Part shown: positions 60,790-64,000 of the stretch, one piece after another | Layout of the letters: every line of letters starts with the position of its first letter | Position numbering within the stretch: the first letter of the stretch is position 1 | Origin: Candidatus Poribacteria bacterium | GTDB lineage: Bacteria; Poribacteria; WGA-4E; WGA-3G | DNA length: 64,000 nucleotides | Direction of reading: 5' to 3' | NCBI GenBank assembly: GCA_963665235.2 | Contig: CAXXLX010000001.1 | Coordinates: 768,001-832,000 of the forward strand | Notes under the pieces: model-generated | Told to the model about the DNA's origin: nothing | Databases searched by the model: none | The model's input: the letters and a program-made list of their open reading frames with translations, nothing else | Program-made: the position numbers and the translations under genes

Positions 60790-61385
60790 CTAGAAGGATG
60801 ATAATTTAAGGATACCATGAAAACGGGTTATAGTAAAGCAATTATTGAAGTCGCGAGCCCAGCTCGCTCCTACAGAAGATTGTGTAGCTAAAAAGGGTTT
60901 GTTATACGCAATCGTGTCGCGAGCCCAGCTCGCTCCTACAGAAGAGGGGTAACGGAAAAAATGCTAAACCTCCAATCACAAAACTTTCTAGAAGGGCGAT
61001 AATTTAAGGATACCATGAAAACGGGTTATAGTAAAGCAATTATTGAAGTCGCGAGCCCAGCTCGCTCCTACAGAAGAGGGGTAATGCGGAAAAAACGCTA
61101 AACCTCCAATCACAAAACTTTCTAGAAGGGCGATAATTTAAGGATACCATGAAAACGGGTTATAGTAAAGCAATTATTGAAGTCGCGAGCCCAGCTCGCT
61201 CCTACAGAAGATTGTGTAGCTAAAAAGGGTTTGTTATACGCAATCGTGTCGCGAGCCCAGCTCGCTCCTACAGAAGAGGGGTAATGCGGAAAAAACGCTA
61301 AACCTCCAATCACAAAACTTTGATTGTTACGCATCTTAAAATCCGCGAAATCCGATAAATCCGCGCTAATCCGCGATTCAGACAA
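60790..61385 (-). repeat. Triplicated composite block with five GTAGGAGCGAGCTGGGCTCGCGAC REPs
   Basis: CTAGAAGG...GGATACCATGAAAACGGG...GTCGCGAGCCCAGCTCGCTCCTAC at about 60790, 60988 and 61122. Confidence 0.8.
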
Positions 61386-61457
61386 CACACGTGAAATCCT
61401 TTATTAAGGCGCGATTCTCCTTGAATTGCAGGCGATTTCGTGATACACTCATGCATT

Positions 61458-63515
61458 ATGGGAAAGCAACAACCTGATGGTACCACTCTTATCAAAACCG
61501 ATTCCTTACTGAAACCTTACGCCGCCCAATTGCGAAAGCGATTCGCGCACTATCAACGGCTCAGAACGCAGATTGAAAAGACCGGGGGCATACTCGGCGA
61601 AATAACCCAGGGACACCGATATTTCGGGTTCAACCGTGGCGAAAGTGAAGGCATACCTGGGGTCTGGTATCGAGAATGGGCACCGGGCGCGCACGCGCTC
61701 TCCCTCATCGGTGACTTTAACGACTGGGCACGCGACGCACATCCACTGTCTGTTGACCGGTGGGGGGTGTGGCATCTATTCCTCCCGGACAACGTGTATG
61801 CCAATAAACTGACACACGGAAGTCTTGTAAAGGTTCATGTCGTATCAGAACTCGGGGGTCTCGACCGAATTCCGGCCTATATTCAACGCGTTGTACAGCG
61901 CGAAAACCTCGATTTTAGCGGACAGTACTGGGCACCCCCGCAGCCATATCGTTGGCAGCATGCCCCACCCGATTTCAACTGCAATACCGAAGGATTAAGG
62001 ATTTACGAGGCACACATCGGTATGGCACAAGAATCAGAAAAGATCGGAACGTTCGCTGAGTTTACGCAAAACGTTTTACCCCGAATTGCTAACCTAGGCT
62101 ATAACGCCGTGCAACTGATGGCTATTATGGAACACCCCTATTATGGTAGTTTCGGGTACCACGTGAGCAATTTTTTCGCTGTTTCAAGCCGTTTCGGAAC
62201 ACCTGAAGAACTCAAAGCACTTATAGATACAGCGCACGGAATGGGTTTGTTGGTTATCATGGATATCGTGCATAGTCACGCGGTTAAAAACCTCAATGAA
62301 GGTTTGAACCGTTTCGACGGGACGGCACATCACTATTTCCACGCGGGGGCAAAAGGGGAACATGTCGCTTGGGATTCGCTCTGTTTCGATTATAGCAAAT
62401 ACGAAGTCCAGCGGTTTCTGCTCAGCAATATTCGCTACTGGTTGGAGACCTACCGGTTTGATGGGTTCAGATTTGACGGTGTCACGAGTATGCTTTACAG
62501 TGACCACGGGCTGGAGCGAAAGTTCACAGGCTACGCCGATTACTTCGACGCTCGAGTTGAAACAGACGCTATCGCCTACCTGATGTTGGCAAATGAGGTG
62601 GTGCATGCTACTAACCCGCACGCGATTTCTATTGCTGAGGACATGAGCGGAATGCCCGGACTTGCACGTCCTATTGAAGAGGGGGGGCTCGGTTTCGATT
62701 ACCGCCTCGCAATGGGCATCCCGGATTATTGGATCCGGTTGTTAAAGGAGAAAAAGGACGAAGCGTGGCACCTCGGTGACATTTACGGCATGTTGCACAA
62801 CAGACGCATCGGCGAAAAACATATCGCTTACGTCGAAAGTCATGACCAAAGTATTGTCGGCGATAAAACCCTAGCAATGCAGCTGATGGACGCGGAGCTC
62901 TATACAAAAATGAGCATCTTCACCCCAAGCCTCAGAATTGCGCGAGGGGTTGCGTTACACAAATTGATTCGCCTGCTCACGTTTAGTCTAGGCGGTGAGG
63001 GGTATCTCAATTTCATGGGAAATGAATTCGGACACCCCGAATGGATCGATTTCCCCCGGGCAGGCAACAACTATTCGTCCTGGTACGCACGTAGGCAGTG
63101 GCATCTTGTAGACGATGAGACGCTCTATTACAGGCACTTAAACAATTTTGATAAGGCAATGCAACGATTGGACGTAGTGTACCAGCTGCTCACCGATGAA
63201 AACATTCAGTTGTTATCTATTCACGAAGATGCGAAACAGATAGTCTATACGCGAGCTGGTCTTGTCTTCGCCTTTAACCTTCATCCGACAGCATCTGTGA
63301 CAGATTGGCGTATTCCTGTACCGCAACGGACAGATTACCGTCTCATTCTCAACACAGATGATACCGATTTTGGTGGGTACGGCGCTGTAACGGGGGTTCA
63401 TTATCCCTGGCAAGCGATAGAGATGGAAGACGTAGGGCAATCGATTCAGCTCTATGTACCTGCCCGGAGTGCCCAGGTTTTAGGACCGCGTTTGTTCAAC
63501 ACACCTCCTATGTAG
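61458..63515 (+). CDS. glgB: 1,4-alpha-glucan branching enzyme (GH13, eukaryote/Bacteroidota-like subtype)
   Basis: YREWAP, IYEAHIGM, EHPYYGSFGYHV, DGFRFDGVTSM, IAEDMSG, ESHDQ, FMGNEFGHPEWIDFPR. Confidence 0.93.
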   Translation: MGKQQPDGTTLIKTDSLLKPYAAQLRKRFAHYQRLRTQIEKTGGILGEITQGHRYFGFNRGESEGIPGVWYREWAPGAHALSLIGDFNDWARDAHPLSVDRWGVWHLFLPDNVYANKLTHGSLVKVHVVSELGGLDRIPAYIQRVVQRENLDFSGQYWAPPQPYRWQHAPPDFNCNTEGLRIYEAHIGMAQESEKIGTFAEFTQNVLPRIANLGYNAVQLMAIMEHPYYGSFGYHVSNFFAVSSRFGTPEELKALIDTAHGMGLLVIMDIVHSHAVKNLNEGLNRFDGTAHHYFHAGAKGEHVAWDSLCFDYSKYEVQRFLLSNIRYWLETYRFDGFRFDGVTSMLYSDHGLERKFTGYADYFDARVETDAIAYLMLANEVVHATNPHAISIAEDMSGMPGLARPIEEGGLGFDYRLAMGIPDYWIRLLKEKKDEAWHLGDIYGMLHNRRIGEKHIAYVESHDQSIVGDKTLAMQLMDAELYTKMSIFTPSLRIARGVALHKLIRLLTFSLGGEGYLNFMGNEFGHPEWIDFPRAGNNYSSWYARRQWHLVDDETLYYRHLNNFDKAMQRLDVVYQLLTDENIQLLSIHEDAKQIVYTRAGLVFAFNLHPTASVTDWRIPVPQRTDYRLILNTDDTDFGGYGAVTGVHYPWQAIEMEDVGQSIQLYVPARSAQVLGPRLFNTPPM

Positions 63516-63700
63516 GAGCGTGCTGTGCACGCGATTTTTGTTTTTTCTCCTATGTAGGAGCGTGCTGTGCACGCGATACATTATATTTTTCTCTGTAGGA
63601 GCGTGCTGTGCACGCGATACATTATATTTTTCTCTGTAGGAGCGTGCTGTGCACGCGATACATTATATTTTTCTCTGTAGGAGCGTGCTGTGCACGCGAT
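63512..63700 (+). repeat. Five REPs GTAGGAGCGTGCTGTGCACGCGAT next to the RAYT gene
   Basis: Starts at 63512, 63554, 63595, 63636 and 63677. Confidence 0.88.
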
Positions 63701-63714
63701 ACCCACACGCTCCC

Positions 63715-64000
63715 TCATTCCATCTCGAATTTACACCGCCAAAACGGATAATCCTTCGCAGCCTTTACCAATCCTGACCGCACCGGATTCTCATAACAAT
63801 ATCGGATAATGCTATTCAATGATTCATCCTGCCGAATACCGTGGTCATAATAAGCACGTTGCCAAAGCGGACCCCTACGTCCCAAGCAAGCGTTAATCTG
63901 TTTCGCTGTATAGCTTTTGAAGGATTGTATAAGTCTCGACAATGTTTGTTTGCTGCCAAGTTGGATAACGGCGTGAATATGATCCGGCATCACAATGATA
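63715..64000 (-). CDS. REP-associated tyrosine transposase (RAYT/TnpA-REP), partial; 5' end outside the window
   Basis: HuH motif MPDHIH, FKSYTA, WQRAYYDH.IR, Y...NPV..GL; adjacent REPs. Confidence 0.85.
   Translation of the reverse strand, partial: IIVMPDHIHAVIQLGSKQTLSRLIQSFKSYTAKQINACLGRRGPLWQRAYYDHGIRQDESLNSIIRYCYENPVRSGLVKAAKDYPFWRCKFEME

Overview
Bacterial window of about 48% GC (by eye) whose gene families suggest Candidatus Poribacteria or a similar host-associated lineage; this is inference only. The families are a WD40+dockerin+FlgD-Ig secreted protein, C-type-lectin proteins, an FGE-sulfatase lipoprotein, PhyH, a DUF6785-like membrane protein and Uma2. Housekeeping and metabolic genes (nadC, dnaN, glgB, plsC-like, solA-like, a MoxR-DUF58-BatA-VWA operon) are separated by a very dense, nested set of non-autonomous repeats. 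Main observations: (1) a 1264-bp TnpA-less IS200/IS605 element encoding IsrB plus an omegaRNA, inserted exactly at the ATG of an operon gene, with an in-frame ATG directly after the isrB stop codon; (2) seven copies of a TIR element with TAA/TTA target duplications that carries 1-27 tandem GTAG-hairpin (REP-like) units and disrupts a gene and ribosome-binding regions, with a RAYT transposase at the window end; (3) a large back-to-back double array of covarying hairpins; (4) two copies of a consensus sigma70 promoter plus structured RNA flanking an orphan PtuA-like ATPase; (5) an STT3-like glycosyltransferase with an altered WWDYG motif next to a Cys/His-rich, sequon-rich secreted protein; (6) a nuclease-STAND candidate defence gene. 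No CRISPR array, rRNA or tRNA was found. All family calls come from motifs read by eye; no searches were run.
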